Positions 1 to 9,469 of a DNA stretch of 32,000 bases are shown piece by piece. Below the pieces are notes generated by a model, which saw nothing but the letters and a program-made list of their open reading frames with translations, had not been told where the DNA came from and searched no databases. The DNA comes from Acetobacterium wieringae (GTDB lineage: Bacteria > Bacillota > Clostridia > Eubacteriales > Eubacteriaceae), in the NCBI RefSeq assembly GCF_001766835.1, contig NZ_LKEU01000026.1:56089-88088 (forward strand), read 5' to 3'. Position 1 is the stretch's first letter, and every line of letters starts with the position of its first letter. The position numbers and the translations under genes were made by a program.

Positions 1-521
1 TAGGATAAGATGTAATGTCCGATCGCCTGCATCAGGTGGGTTTTTCCCAAACCAACACCACCATAAATAAAGAGTGGATTATAACGTTCAGAAGGTGCTT
101 CGGATACGGCCACACAGGCGGCATGAGCAAAACGGTTATTTTCGCCAATAACAAAACTGTCGAAGGTATATTTCGGATTCATCGAGTTATTCTGGTAATT
201 GGATATTTTATCTTCAACAGTGGTGATGGATATCTGGGAGGAAGCATTGTTTTGCGGAATCATCGCATCTTCTTCTTTTAAAACGATTTTAACCTGACCG
301 GTTTTTCCGGTAACTTCAGCCAGGGCATTGGTGATCAAGGGAATATGCCGACTCTCCAGAATTCCTTTTTCGAATTCATTTTCCGATAAAAAATAATAGG
401 TGTTATTGACATAGTTTATGGGCTTTATTTTTAAGAACCAGGTGTTAAAACTGGTTGGACTAATATCCGGTTTGATAATTTCCAGGGCGGCATCCCATAT
501 TTTTTTAAAGGAAGTGTCCAT
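1..521 (-). CDS. dnaA: Chromosomal replication initiator DnaA, N-terminal part (gene continues beyond window start)
   Basis: Reverse-strand translation from the ATG at 521..519 reads [34 protein letters not shown]... At the window edge it reaches ...[26 protein letters not shown], the DnaA domain III Walker A. GGAGG (rev-comp of 530..534) lies 8 nt upstream. Absent from the ORF track because there is no stop in the window. Confidence 0.93.
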   Translation of the reverse strand, partial: MDTSFKKIWDAALEIIKPDISPTSFNTWFLKIKPINYVNNTYYFLSENEFEKGILESRHIPLITNALAEVTGKTGQVKIVLKEEDAMIPQNNASSQISITTVEDKISNYQNNSMNPKYTFDSFVIGENNRFAHAACVAVSEAPSERYNPLFIYGGVGLGKTHLMQAIGHYILS

Positions 522-562
522 TAAATGAACCTCCAATTTCTAATAAATTTAAGTCGTGTCAT

Positions 563-803
563 TGTGGATAAAATTTTAAATTATGCACAGAGAATTCATT
601 TTAATGTGAATAGCCAAATAAATCAAGCAAAATCTACGAAAAATTGTTGATAACTTTAAAAAAATTATCCCAACAAGAAAAGACGAAAAGAAAGGGATAA
701 ATAAAAAATACTGACAAGTTATCCCCAAATAATCCACACAATCCTGGAATTTGTGGATTATTTGGATAAAATTCAAAAACTTATCCACATTTCCGTTGAT
801 AAA
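563..803. promoter_or_regulatory. DnaA-box cluster (oriC-type array / dnaA autoregulatory region) in the dnaA-rpmH divergent gap
   Basis: Matches to TTATCCACA:
- Perfect: 563..571 (TGTGGATAA, reverse orientation) and 781..789.
- One mismatch: 581..589 TTATGCACA, 645..653 TGTTGATAA, 719..727 TTATCCCCA, 730..738 TAATCCACA, 752..760 TGTGGATTA, 761..769 TTTGGATAA.
- Two mismatches: 665..673 and 794..802. Confidence 0.85.
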
Positions 804-890
804 CCTAGTATAACAAATTGTTATGTGGCATTCAATATAATTAAAATAAACATAATACTTGCGAAAACGCTTTAGATTTGATAATATAAC

Positions 891-919
891 TTGACATAAA
901 ATAAGCGAGATTATATAAT
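891..919 (+). promoter_or_regulatory. Sigma-A type promoter for rpmH-rnpA operon
   Basis: TTGACA at 891..896, a 17-bp spacer, then TATAAT at 914..919. Both hexamers match the consensus exactly, about 65 nt upstream of the rpmH start. Confidence 0.75.
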
Positions 920-985
920 TCTAGGGTAAAAGTCTTATTAGCTTATAAACAAATGAATATAAAGTATTAGTCAGGGGGTGTCGAA

Positions 986-1120
986 GTGAAAAGAACTTAT
1001 CAACCAAAAGTTAGACAACGTAAGAAAGAACATGGTTTCAGAAAAAGAATGTCTGCAAAAAGCGGTCGACTTATTTTGAAGAAGAGAAGACAAAAAGGAA
1101 GAGAAAAATTATCAGCATAA
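986..1120 (+). CDS. rpmH: 50S ribosomal protein L34
   Basis: GTG start at 986 preceded by GGGGG/GGTG. Translation is [44 protein letters not shown] (44 aa), the classic L34 sequence. TAA at 1118..1120. Below the ORF-track length cutoff. Confidence 0.95.
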   Translation: MKRTYQPKVRQRKKEHGFRKRMSAKSGRLILKKRRQKGREKLSA

Positions 1121-1128
1121 TCCTTTGT

Positions 1129-1158
1129 AGACCGTTTTTCAAAAGCGGTCTTTTGTTT
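1129..1158 (+). terminator. Hairpin plus T-run between rpmH and rnpA (partial terminator/attenuator)
   Basis: AGACCGTTTT..AAAAGCGGTCT stem with one bulged G, followed by TTTGTTT. Confidence 0.5.
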
Positions 1159-1181
1159 AATAAAAATTAAGGAGAATTCCT

Positions 1182-1523
1182 TTGGTAAAAATAAAATCCC
1201 TAAGTAAGGAAAATGAATTCAAACGTGTTTTTAAAGTTGGGGATGTATTCGGAAACAAAGTTTTTGTGATCTATTATCTAAAGAATGAAGAGAATTTTAA
1301 TCGTTTGGGGATAATCGTCAGTAAAAAAGTTTCTAAAAAAGCTGTGATTAGAAATAAGGTAAAAAGACGAATAAAAGAGGCATATCGTCTTAATGAAGAT
1401 TCTTTTTCAAAAGGTTATGATATTATTCTGATTGCTAAGGAATCCATTAAAGAAGTGCCGTATAGTAGTTTGGAAAAATCGTTAAACCATTTGTTTTATA
1501 AGAAGAATCTCATGAGGCCATAG
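1182..1523 (+). CDS. rnpA: Ribonuclease P protein component
   Basis: TTG start with AAGGAG at 1169..1174. A basic 113-aa protein ([22 protein letters not shown] motif) immediately after rpmH, which is conserved synteny. Confidence 0.9.
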   Translation: MVKIKSLSKENEFKRVFKVGDVFGNKVFVIYYLKNEENFNRLGIIVSKKVSKKAVIRNKVKRRIKEAYRLNEDSFSKGYDIILIAKESIKEVPYSSLEKSLNHLFYKKNLMRP

Positions 1524-1524
1524 A

Positions 1525-1737
1525 ATGTTCAAGAAATTCCTGGTTTTAATTATTAGAGGTTATCAGAAATTTATTTCACCTCTTTTAGGAAATAATTGTC
1601 GTTTCAGTCCCACGTGTTCAGAGTATTTTATTTTGGCAGTTGAAAAATACGGTGTCATAAAAGGAAGCTATATAGGTGGGAAACGCATTCTCAGATGCCA
1701 TCCTTTTAATCCCGGGGGATATGATCCCCTTCCTTAG
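1525..1737 (+). CDS. yidD: Membrane protein insertion efficiency factor YidD
   Basis: 70 aa: [31 protein letters not shown]...[15 protein letters not shown], the YidD signature. Located between rnpA and yidC. Confidence 0.93.
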   Translation: MFKKFLVLIIRGYQKFISPLLGNNCRFSPTCSEYFILAVEKYGVIKGSYIGGKRILRCHPFNPGGYDPLP

Positions 1738-1770
1738 AATGTTAGGGAGAAAAACTTAAGGAGTTAATGA

Positions 1771-2730
1771 ATGGAGTTTTTATACCAGATCTTTGGTTGG
1801 ATGTTATTCCAGATTTATGGAATTGTTCATAATTATGGATTATCAATCATTATTTTTACAATATTTATGAAGGTATTGTTATTACCGCTAAATATTAAAC
1901 AAACGAAATCCATGAAGGATATGCAACGCCTTCAGCCGGAATTACAAAAGCTTAACAAGAAGTACAAGAATAACAAAGAAAAATTAAATGAAGAGACGCT
2001 AAAACTCTACAAAACCTTTAAGGTTAATCCTGCCGGGGGCTGTCTGCCGATTTTATTACAATTTCCCATCCTGATCGGGCTTTATCAGACCCTGCTTCAT
2101 CCCGAAACCTGGGTCTTCGTTAACGGAACCATCAGTGAAGTCGATATGTCTTTTTTATGGATGGATAGTTTAAGTGTACCGGACCCGATTTATGTATTGC
2201 CAATCTTAGCTGCTTTATTTACCTTTATCACTCAGAAATTTACCATGGCAGCACAACCGGCAACGAATCCGGATGATCCCAATGCCAAAACTCAGAAAAT
2301 TATGCTTTATGCCATGCCAATTATGATTGGTTATATTTCTATTTCCATGCCAGCAGGGGTAGCACTTTACTGGGTCGTACAGAATATCTTTACCTTTGTA
2401 CAACAATTTATTATGATGCGAATTCCGGAACCAGATTATACTATTGAAGAAGCGGAACGCCGGGTTCGTGAAGCGGAAGAAGAGCGTAAAGCGGAATTAG
2501 CGGCCAGACGAGCGGCGGCTAACCCCAATGCCCCTAAAAGCAGTAAAAAAGATCAGACTGATGGACCCAAAAAACCATTAACCCGACCAGCTTCTCAGAA
2601 GAAAATTCAAAGTTCAAAAAACAATCAGTCTGCGGAGCAGCGAAAAAAACCATCAGTCGAAATTCCCGAGCGCGATGCAGCCCAGGAAGAAGCCTATCAA
2701 AAAGCCAAGGAACGTTATGATAACAAGTAA
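1771..2730 (+). CDS. yidC: YidC/Oxa1-family membrane insertase with long basic C-terminal tail
   Basis: AAGGAG at 1758..1763. Shows conserved YidC core motifs (KQTKSMKDMQRLQPELQKLNKKYK, NPAGGCLPILLQFPILIGLY, GVALYWVVQNIFTFVQQ). About 105 C-terminal residues are rich in K/R/E/Q. Confidence 0.93.
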   Translation: MEFLYQIFGWMLFQIYGIVHNYGLSIIIFTIFMKVLLLPLNIKQTKSMKDMQRLQPELQKLNKKYKNNKEKLNEETLKLYKTFKVNPAGGCLPILLQFPILIGLYQTLLHPETWVFVNGTISEVDMSFLWMDSLSVPDPIYVLPILAALFTFITQKFTMAAQPATNPDDPNAKTQKIMLYAMPIMIGYISISMPAGVALYWVVQNIFTFVQQFIMMRIPEPDYTIEEAERRVREAEEERKAELAARRAAANPNAPKSSKKDQTDGPKKPLTRPASQKKIQSSKNNQSAEQRKKPSVEIPERDAAQEEAYQKAKERYDNK

Positions 2731-2763
2731 AAAATGATGACTAAAAGCTTAAGGAGAGGGAAA

Positions 2764-3393
2764 ATGAATAAGACAGTAACGGGCACTGGTAAAACCGTAG
2801 AAGATGCGATTAACCATGGTTTGCAACAGCTTGGTGTGACAAAGGAACAAGTTGAAACAAATGTATTGCAATTACCGGACAGTGGTTTAATGAAAATATT
2901 TGGGAAAAAAGAAGCCATTGTTGAGGTCTCACTGATAAACAATCCTGAACAGCGGGCCCTTGATTTTTTAAATGATGTCCTCAATGCCATGAAAATTAAT
3001 TGTAAAATCAATACCCGTCTTGAGGATAAAGTATTATTCATTGATCTGGAAGGGAAAGACATGGGGGTTTTAATTGGACGCCGTGGTCAAACCCTGGATT
3101 CGCTCCAATATTTAGTTAGCTTGGTTATCAATCGGCAACATGAAGAATATGTTCGGGTTATTCTGGACACTGAGAACTATCGGGCGAAGCGGGAAAAAAC
3201 CCTTGAAGATCTTGGGGAAAAAATGGCCAATAAGGCAGTTTATTATCAAAAGAAAATGCTGCTGGAACCCATGAATCCTTCAGAACGAAGGGTTATTCAC
3301 GCAAAACTCCAGAATCACGACAAGGTTTTTACCTTTAGTGAGGGAGAGGAACCCTATCGTCGGGTTGTTATTCAATTAAAAGATAAAAACTAA
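2764..3393 (+). CDS. jag: Jag/KhpB-type RNA-binding protein (Jag_N, KH, R3H domains)
   Basis: I chose the ATG at 2764 (AGGAGAGG at 2752..2759) over the track start at 2734. KH-like motif GVLIGRRGQTLDSLQYL and R3H-like motif EPMNPSERRVIHAKL. Synteny after yidC. Confidence 0.88.
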   Translation: MNKTVTGTGKTVEDAINHGLQQLGVTKEQVETNVLQLPDSGLMKIFGKKEAIVEVSLINNPEQRALDFLNDVLNAMKINCKINTRLEDKVLFIDLEGKDMGVLIGRRGQTLDSLQYLVSLVINRQHEEYVRVILDTENYRAKREKTLEDLGEKMANKAVYYQKKMLLEPMNPSERRVIHAKLQNHDKVFTFSEGEEPYRRVVIQLKDKN

Positions 3394-3395
3394 AA

Positions 3396-3448
3396 AAAGG
3401 CACTTTGCAAATTAGCTTAAGCGTTAATTGTAAGGTGCCTTTTTATTT
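3396..3448 (+). terminator. Intrinsic terminator after jag
   Basis: AAAGGCAC (3396..3403) pairs with GTGCCTTT (3435..3442). The imperfect stem extends between them, and TTATTT follows. Confidence 0.65.
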
Positions 3449-3524
3449 GGATCTTACTTGTAAACATCAGGTTTTTATTATATTATTAGAGATTAGGAAA
3501 CAATTATTGAAACAGGAGAATAAA

Positions 3525-4904
3525 TTGGAAGCCTTATTACAAAATGAAGATACCATTGCTGCAGTAGCTACCGGTATGGGTGGTGCCGGAATCGGTATTA
3601 TCCGAATCAGCGGGCCCGATGCCGTTGAACTGGGAAACAAACTGTTTGTCAACCCCCGGGGAAAAACCCTGTTGGCAGCTGGCAGTCATGAATTGGTTTA
3701 TGGACGGGTTGTTGACCCAGCTACCAAAAAAGACATTGATGAGGTGCTGGTTTCAAAAATGCTGGCGCCCCATTCCTATACCGCTGAAGATGTCGTCGAG
3801 ATAAATTGCCATGGGGGAATTGTCCCGATGCGCAAAATTTTAAAACTGGTTATTACCAGTGGAGCCCGACTGGCCGAACCGGGAGAATTTACCAAGCGGG
3901 CTTTTTTAAATGGGAGAATGGATTTGACTCAGGCTGAAGCGGTTATTGACATCATCAATGCCAAAACCGAAAAAAGTCTGGAATATTCAGTGGCCCAGCT
4001 GGAAGGACGACTGTCTCACAAACTGGAAGAACTGGATAATATTTTAGTGGGAATTCTTTCACATATGGAAGTCAATATTGATTATCCTGAATACGATATT
4101 GAAGAAATATCATATGATTTTGTGAACAGCCAGATTTTAGAGTTGTTAAACAAGATCAAAGAAATTCTGACTGTGGCAGAAACCGGCAAAATTTACCGGG
4201 AGGGGATCACAACTGCGATTCTTGGTGAGCCAAATGTGGGAAAATCGTCATTACTAAATACCTTGTTAATGGAAAACAAAGCCATTGTCACCGATATTCC
4301 CGGCACCACCCGGGATACCATTGAAGAATATCTTAACATTGAAGGGATTCCCTTTAAGATTATTGATACTGCTGGAATCAGAGAAACAGATAATCTGGTG
4401 GAAAAAATCGGCGTTGAAAAATCAAAGGCGCTTTTAAACCAAACCAATCTGGTGATTTTTATGCGGGATATTTCTAAAGAAATGTCTACTGGAGAAAAGG
4501 AACTGATTGAATTGCTTAAAAATCGCAAAACCATTTATATTGCCAATAAGACCGATGCGATCAGTGGAATGGATGTTGAAATTCCAGAGCCATGGATACC
4601 AATGTCCCTATTGGAAGATCAGGGAATCGAAACCTTGCGACAAAAAATGCTGGAAATGGTTTTTGAAGGAACGGTCAGTCAGGAAGCGGACTATCTGATT
4701 ACCAATACCCGACACATTCAGTTACTGGAAACAACAAAAACCAGTCTGGAAAATGCTATTAGCACCATGGCCAGCCAAATGCCACTGGAACTTGTCAGTA
4801 TTGACGTGATGGAAGCCCTGGAAGCGCTTCGTGGCATTACCGGCAAAGCCGTTGGGATGGATATCATCGATCAGATTTTTAAAAATTTTTGCATTGGAAA
4901 GTAG
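3525..4904 (+). CDS. mnmE: tRNA modification GTPase MnmE (TrmE)
   Basis: TTG at 3525 with AGGAG at 3514..3518 gives [30 protein letters not shown], the typical MnmE N-terminus, and 459 aa. G1 motif [18 protein letters not shown], and C-terminal FCIGK. The track start at 3405 lies inside the upstream terminator hairpin. Confidence 0.92.
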   Translation: MEALLQNEDTIAAVATGMGGAGIGIIRISGPDAVELGNKLFVNPRGKTLLAAGSHELVYGRVVDPATKKDIDEVLVSKMLAPHSYTAEDVVEINCHGGIVPMRKILKLVITSGARLAEPGEFTKRAFLNGRMDLTQAEAVIDIINAKTEKSLEYSVAQLEGRLSHKLEELDNILVGILSHMEVNIDYPEYDIEEISYDFVNSQILELLNKIKEILTVAETGKIYREGITTAILGEPNVGKSSLLNTLLMENKAIVTDIPGTTRDTIEEYLNIEGIPFKIIDTAGIRETDNLVEKIGVEKSKALLNQTNLVIFMRDISKEMSTGEKELIELLKNRKTIYIANKTDAISGMDVEIPEPWIPMSLLEDQGIETLRQKMLEMVFEGTVSQEADYLITNTRHIQLLETTKTSLENAISTMASQMPLELVSIDVMEALEALRGITGKAVGMDIIDQIFKNFCIGK

Positions 4905-4914
4905 AGGAAAGAAA

Positions 4915-6816
4915 ATGACATATCCAGGAGGAGACTACGACATTATCGTCATCGGTGCCGGTCATGCCGGTTCTGAAGCAGCTCTGGCCAGTGCCCGAAT
5001 TGGTTTTAAGACATTATTATTAACCATCAATCTGGATTCGGTGGCAATGATGCCCTGTAATCCATCCATCGGTGGTACCGGAAAAGGACATCTGGTTCGG
5101 GAAATTGATGCCCTTGGCGGTGAAATGGGAAAAAACATTGATGCAACGATGATTCAGTGTAAGATGTTAAATACGGCAAAAGGTCCGGCGGTACATTCGT
5201 TGCGGGCTCAGGCCGATAAAAAAGCCTATCAATTCAGAATGAAGGAAGTAATCGAGAATCAGGAGAATTTGCTGTTAAAACAGCAGGAGGCGACTGAAAT
5301 TATTGTCGAAGATGGCAAGATCACCGGGGTAATGGTTAATACCGGGGCAGTTTACAGCTGTAAGGCAGCGATTATCTGTAGCGGCACCTATTTAAAGGGC
5401 CGGATTATTATCGGTGATGTTCAATACGATGGCGGGCCCAACGGTTTATTTCCAGCCATGTATTTATCAGAGAGCCTTATAAAAAATGGTATTGAGTTGC
5501 AACGTTTTAAAACCGGAACCCCGGCCCGGGTTGATGCCAAAACTCTGGATTATTCAAAAATGATTATTCAGGAGGGCGACGATCAGATTGTTCCTTTTTC
5601 ATTTGAAACCGACTCAATAAAAATTGATCAGGTGCCCTGTTACCTGACCTATACCAACCCGCAAACCCACCAAATTATTAATGCCAACATTGAACGCTCG
5701 CCGCTTTATACCGGCGAAGTCGTAGGAATTGGCCCTCGTTATTGCCCATCGATTGAAACTAAGGTAATGCGTTTTCATGACAAGGAACGACATCAGATTT
5801 TTATGGAGCCGGAAGGATTAAATACCAATGAAATATACGTCCAGGGGATGTCCTCTTGTTTACCAGAAGATGTTCAGATTGCTCTATACCGAACGGTGCC
5901 GGGAATGGAAAAAGTGGAGTTTATGCGTTCGGCCTATGCCATTGAATATGACTGCATCCATCCGACCCGATTAAAGCCTTCGCTTGAATCCAAGGCAGTA
6001 GCCGGTTTATTTTTTGCCGGACAAATCAATGGTACCTCCGGTTATGAAGAGGCCGGAGCCCAGGGATTGATTGCCGGTATTAATGCATCGCTCTATTTAC
6101 GGGGTGAACAGCCGGTGATCATCGATCGGTCTGAAGGTTATATTGGTGTACTCATTGATGATATCATTACCAAGGGAATTGATGAGCCATACCGAATGAT
6201 GACTTCCCGGGCTGAATATCGTTTATTGTTACGACAGGATAACGCCGATCTGCGGTTAACTGAGATCGGACACCGGGTCGGGCTAATCAGCGAGAGCCGG
6301 TATCAAAAGTTCCTGGAGAAAAAGGAACAGATTAAACAAGAGATAACTCGGCTCAATCAGGTTATTGTTAAACCCAATCAGGAAAACAATGCAGTTCTTA
6401 GATCACTTGGCAGTTCGGAGATTTTGCATGGTTTATCAATCGGTGAACTGATTCGTCGGCCGGAAGTTAAGTATCAACAAACGGCTGTTTTTGATCCGGA
6501 ACGACCGGTGTTACATTGGAGTGTGGTCGAGCAGGTGGAAGTTCAGATTAAGTACGAGGGTTACATTAAAAAGCAACTGCAACAGGTTGAGCAGTTTAAA
6601 AAGCTTGAACACAAACTGATTCCGACCGATCTTGATTACCCCCAAATTGGCGGACTGCGAATTGAAGCAGCTGAAAAACTGCAAGAAATCAAACCATTGT
6701 CAATTGGTCAGGCATCCCGAATTTCTGGCGTTTCGCCAGCAGACATTTCAGTATTGTTAATTGCCTTGGAGCAACGCCGACGAAGTGGAGATCAGAAGGG
6801 AACGGATAATGAATAA
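4915..6816 (+). CDS. mnmG: tRNA uridine 5-carboxymethylaminomethyl modification enzyme MnmG (GidA)
   Basis: ATG at 4915 after AGAGGAAAG. N-terminus [25 protein letters not shown] (FAD fold). GPRYCPSIE motif. 633 aa. Confidence 0.95.
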   Translation: MTYPGGDYDIIVIGAGHAGSEAALASARIGFKTLLLTINLDSVAMMPCNPSIGGTGKGHLVREIDALGGEMGKNIDATMIQCKMLNTAKGPAVHSLRAQADKKAYQFRMKEVIENQENLLLKQQEATEIIVEDGKITGVMVNTGAVYSCKAAIICSGTYLKGRIIIGDVQYDGGPNGLFPAMYLSESLIKNGIELQRFKTGTPARVDAKTLDYSKMIIQEGDDQIVPFSFETDSIKIDQVPCYLTYTNPQTHQIINANIERSPLYTGEVVGIGPRYCPSIETKVMRFHDKERHQIFMEPEGLNTNEIYVQGMSSCLPEDVQIALYRTVPGMEKVEFMRSAYAIEYDCIHPTRLKPSLESKAVAGLFFAGQINGTSGYEEAGAQGLIAGINASLYLRGEQPVIIDRSEGYIGVLIDDIITKGIDEPYRMMTSRAEYRLLLRQDNADLRLTEIGHRVGLISESRYQKFLEKKEQIKQEITRLNQVIVKPNQENNAVLRSLGSSEILHGLSIGELIRRPEVKYQQTAVFDPERPVLHWSVVEQVEVQIKYEGYIKKQLQQVEQFKKLEHKLIPTDLDYPQIGGLRIEAAEKLQEIKPLSIGQASRISGVSPADISVLLIALEQRRRSGDQKGTDNE

Positions 6817-7540
6817 ACGTATTGAAGAATTAATACATCGGGGTAAAACTGCCGAAATAATAATTAATGAAATTCAGGCAGAAAAGCTGATTGCTTATAT
6901 GGATCAGCTCCTGGAACGAAATAAACAGATCAATCTAACTCGGATTATTGATGAAGATGAATTTATCAGGCTTCATCTACTTGATTCTTTGACATTACTT
7001 AAATTAATAAAAAACCCCCGGATAAGCATTTTAGATGTCGGAACCGGGGGCGGTTTTCCGGGCATTCCGCTGGCGATCATGCTGGAAGAGGCCAAGATTA
7101 CGCTAATGGATTCAACAAAAAAGAAGCTTAATGTCGTCCAGTCCATCGCTTCTGAGTTAGGGATCAACAATATAAATACCCTTCATGGCAGAGCTGAAGA
7201 ATTAGGACAAGATCATAGATACCGGGAGAAATATGAAGTGGTCGCCTCTCGGGCGGTGGCAAATTTGACGCTGCTATCCGAGTATTGTTTACCGCTGACA
7301 AAGGTTGGGGGACAGTTTCTATCGATGAAAGGAAGAGACTATCAGGAGGAGTTAAATGCTGCCCAAATACCGATTGATGTTTTAGGTGGAAAAATTACAA
7401 CAATTGAAAAGGGTTTGTTACTGCAAAGTGAGTTTGTTCATGTTATAATAAATATAAAAAAAGTCAAACCTACCCCAGCTAATTTTCCGAGGATTCATGG
7501 TAAGATTAAAAAAGAAGCGTTTCCAATCCAGTATAAATAG
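6809..7540 (+). CDS. rsmG: 16S rRNA (guanine527-N7)-methyltransferase RsmG (GidB)
   Basis: ATG at 6809 overlaps the mnmG stop by 8 nt. SAM motif [17 protein letters not shown]. 243 aa. Synteny after mnmG. Confidence 0.92.
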   Translation: MNKRIEELIHRGKTAEIIINEIQAEKLIAYMDQLLERNKQINLTRIIDEDEFIRLHLLDSLTLLKLIKNPRISILDVGTGGGFPGIPLAIMLEEAKITLMDSTKKKLNVVQSIASELGINNINTLHGRAEELGQDHRYREKYEVVASRAVANLTLLSEYCLPLTKVGGQFLSMKGRDYQEELNAAQIPIDVLGGKITTIEKGLLLQSEFVHVIINIKKVKPTPANFPRIHGKIKKEAFPIQYK

Positions 7541-7593
7541 TACAAGCATAAATAAAGGGTTATATGATAGTATTTGACCTGGTTTTTGACAGA

Positions 7594-7609
7594 TGTTTCA
7601 CGTGAAACA
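7594..7609. promoter_or_regulatory. parS centromere-like site 1 (perfect 16-bp palindrome)
   Basis: TGTTTCACGTGAAACA fits the Firmicute parS consensus TGTTNCACGTGAAACA. It is embedded in a 38-bp perfect palindrome, TTTTTGACAGATGTTTCAC|GTGAAACATCTGTCAAAAA, at 7583..7620. Confidence 0.9.
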
Positions 7610-7651
7610 TCTGTCAAAAACAGTGTATCGCAGCTTGCGTTGACAATCACA

Positions 7652-7667
7652 TGTTTCACGTGAAACA
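7652..7667. promoter_or_regulatory. parS centromere-like site 2 (perfect 16-bp palindrome)
   Basis: Identical TGTTTCACGTGAAACA, 58 bp centre-to-centre from site 1 and about 90 bp upstream of the parA start. A TTGACA hexamer sits at 7640..7645 just upstream. Confidence 0.9.
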
Positions 7668-7758
7668 CTGCTGGCAGTCAGAAATTTCAGGATAACAAAC
7701 CAATGATCAGTAAACAAAGTTGTGAAAGTGATTGAGTGATTTAATTAAGGAGCAAAGT

Positions 7759-8523
7759 ATGGCAAAAATCGTGGCAGTATTTAATCAAAAAGGTGGTGTT
7801 GGTAAAACGACCACAAATATCAACTTAACCACTGCCCTTAGTTTAGAAGGATATCGAGTACTGGTTATTGATATTGATCCGCAGGGAAATACCAGTAGTG
7901 GGTTTGGAATTGAAAAGAATAATCTGGAAAAAAGCGTCTATAATGGAATTATCCATGGTGATAATTTTAAAGAAATTATTCTGACAACTTCTTACGAAAA
8001 TCTTCATATTCTGCCATCTCACCCCGATTTAGCTGGAGCAGAAATTGAATTGACAAATATGCCACAACGAGAATTGCGCCTTAAAAATAGTATTGAAAAT
8101 ATCAAATCATTTTACGACTATATCTTCATCGACTGCCCACCTTCACTTGGTTTATTAACAATTAATGCCCTGGCAGTGACAAACACGGTGTTAATTCCCA
8201 TCCAATGTGAGTTTTATGCATTGGAAGGCGTGAGTCAACTGATGAATACGATCAGTCTGGTAAAACAGGGATTAAATCCCCATTTAGAAATAGAAGGTGT
8301 CCTGATGACCATGTTTGACAGCCGCACCAACTTATCAAATCAGGTTGTCGATGAAGTGGTTGATTATTTCAAAGAAAAGGTTTATGACACCATGATCCCC
8401 CGCAATGTCCGCTTGGCCGAAGCCCCCAGCTATGGGCAGACTATCTTTGAATACGCCAACGGATCAAAGGGATCAAAAGCATATCTGGCCCTCGCAAAAG
8501 AGTTTGTACAAAGACAGGAGTAG
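7759..8523 (+). CDS. parA: Chromosome partitioning ATPase ParA/Soj
   Basis: ATG at 7759 with AAGGAG at 7748..7753. Deviant Walker A in MAKIVAVFNQKGGVGKTTT. 254 aa. Confidence 0.94.
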   Translation: MAKIVAVFNQKGGVGKTTTNINLTTALSLEGYRVLVIDIDPQGNTSSGFGIEKNNLEKSVYNGIIHGDNFKEIILTTSYENLHILPSHPDLAGAEIELTNMPQRELRLKNSIENIKSFYDYIFIDCPPSLGLLTINALAVTNTVLIPIQCEFYALEGVSQLMNTISLVKQGLNPHLEIEGVLMTMFDSRTNLSNQVVDEVVDYFKEKVYDTMIPRNVRLAEAPSYGQTIFEYANGSKGSKAYLALAKEFVQRQE

Positions 8524-8525
8524 TT

Positions 8526-9425
8526 ATGGGAAAAAGCACAGGTTTAGGTAAAGGTCTTAGAGCGTTATTTCCCGATGATGCAGTGGTTGTTCCTTCGCAA
8601 AAAGATGAAGTGCTGGAGGTTGACGTTGAAAAGTTGGTTTTCTATGTCAGAACAAATAATGTTCGGCCCAATCCAAAACAACCGCGAAAAAGTTTTGACC
8701 GAATTAAGCTAGAAGAATTAGGGGCATCAATTAAAGAACATGGCATTCTCCAACCGTTGGTGGTTAAACCGGAAACGAAGGGTTATACCATTATTGCTGG
8801 AGAGAGACGTTGGCGAGCCGCCAATATGATTGGCCTTAAAGAGGTGCCAGTAATTGTAAAAGATCTGCCACCAGAAGAAGTTCTGGAAATCGCCATCATT
8901 GAAAATGTTCAACGGGAAAATCTCAATAGCATTGAAGAAGCGCTGGCCTATGAAGCGTTAATGGAGAACTTTAATCTGACGCAGGGGGAAATTGGTATTC
9001 GGATTGGAAAAAGTCGTACCGCCATTGCCAACACCCTCAGGTTATTAAAACTGCCTCAAAGCATTCAGGAACAATTGGCTCAGGAAAAAATTACATCGGG
9101 GCATGCCCGAGCGATTCTGATTCTGGAAGATCCCGGAAAGATGGAAGCTTTTGCAAGCGAGATCATTGAAAAAGGAATGAGTGTCAGAGAAGCAGAGAAT
9201 CGCATAAAAAAAATGCAGAGTGAAGGTCTGGTAAAGCCACTTCAGAAAAAAAAAGACAATAGTAGTGGATATATAGCAGAAATTCAGGAAGCTTTGGAAA
9301 GAAAATTCGAAACTAAAGTCCATTTAAATAATCGTGGAAAAAAAGGAAAAATAGAGTTTGTCTATTCATCGCTGGAAGAATTGGATCGTCTACTCGAGCG
9401 ATTGGGATATGAAAAAGAAAACTAG
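8526..9425 (+). CDS. parB: Chromosome partitioning protein ParB/Spo0J
   Basis: N-terminal GLGKGLRALF, ParB box IAGERRWRAA, and an HTH region LTQGEIGIRIGKSRTAIANTLRLLKL. Starts 2 nt after parA. Confidence 0.94.
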   Translation: MGKSTGLGKGLRALFPDDAVVVPSQKDEVLEVDVEKLVFYVRTNNVRPNPKQPRKSFDRIKLEELGASIKEHGILQPLVVKPETKGYTIIAGERRWRAANMIGLKEVPVIVKDLPPEEVLEIAIIENVQRENLNSIEEALAYEALMENFNLTQGEIGIRIGKSRTAIANTLRLLKLPQSIQEQLAQEKITSGHARAILILEDPGKMEAFASEIIEKGMSVREAENRIKKMQSEGLVKPLQKKKDNSSGYIAEIQEALERKFETKVHLNNRGKKGKIEFVYSSLEELDRLLERLGYEKEN

Positions 9426-9469
9426 AATCAGTCGAACTGTGACAATTCAATTATGAAATGGAGAAAATA

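Noticed and set aside
15-281. 88-aa plus-strand ORF from the track
   Set aside because: It lies antisense to a clearly recognisable dnaA reading frame (Walker [11 protein letters not shown] on the minus strand). It has no RBS and no recognisable motif.
576-788. 70-aa minus-strand ORF from the track
   Set aside because: It spans the DnaA-box array in the dnaA-rpmH spacer. The sequence is low-complexity and hydrophobic, as expected from AT-rich DNA, and there is no RBS. The region is better explained as origin/regulatory DNA.
3405-3524. N-terminal 40-codon extension of mnmE in the ORF track
   Set aside because: The extension begins inside the jag terminator hairpin and has no RBS. The TTG at 3525 has AGGAG 6 nt upstream and yields the canonical MnmE N-terminus.
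4831-4914. N-terminal extensions of track ORFs: mnmG 4831, rsmG 6761, parA 7732, jag 2734, metG 21606, trxA 24209
   Set aside because: In each case an internal ATG with a proper Shine-Dalgarno sequence gives the N-terminus typical of the family. The longer versions overlap the upstream gene or lack an RBS.
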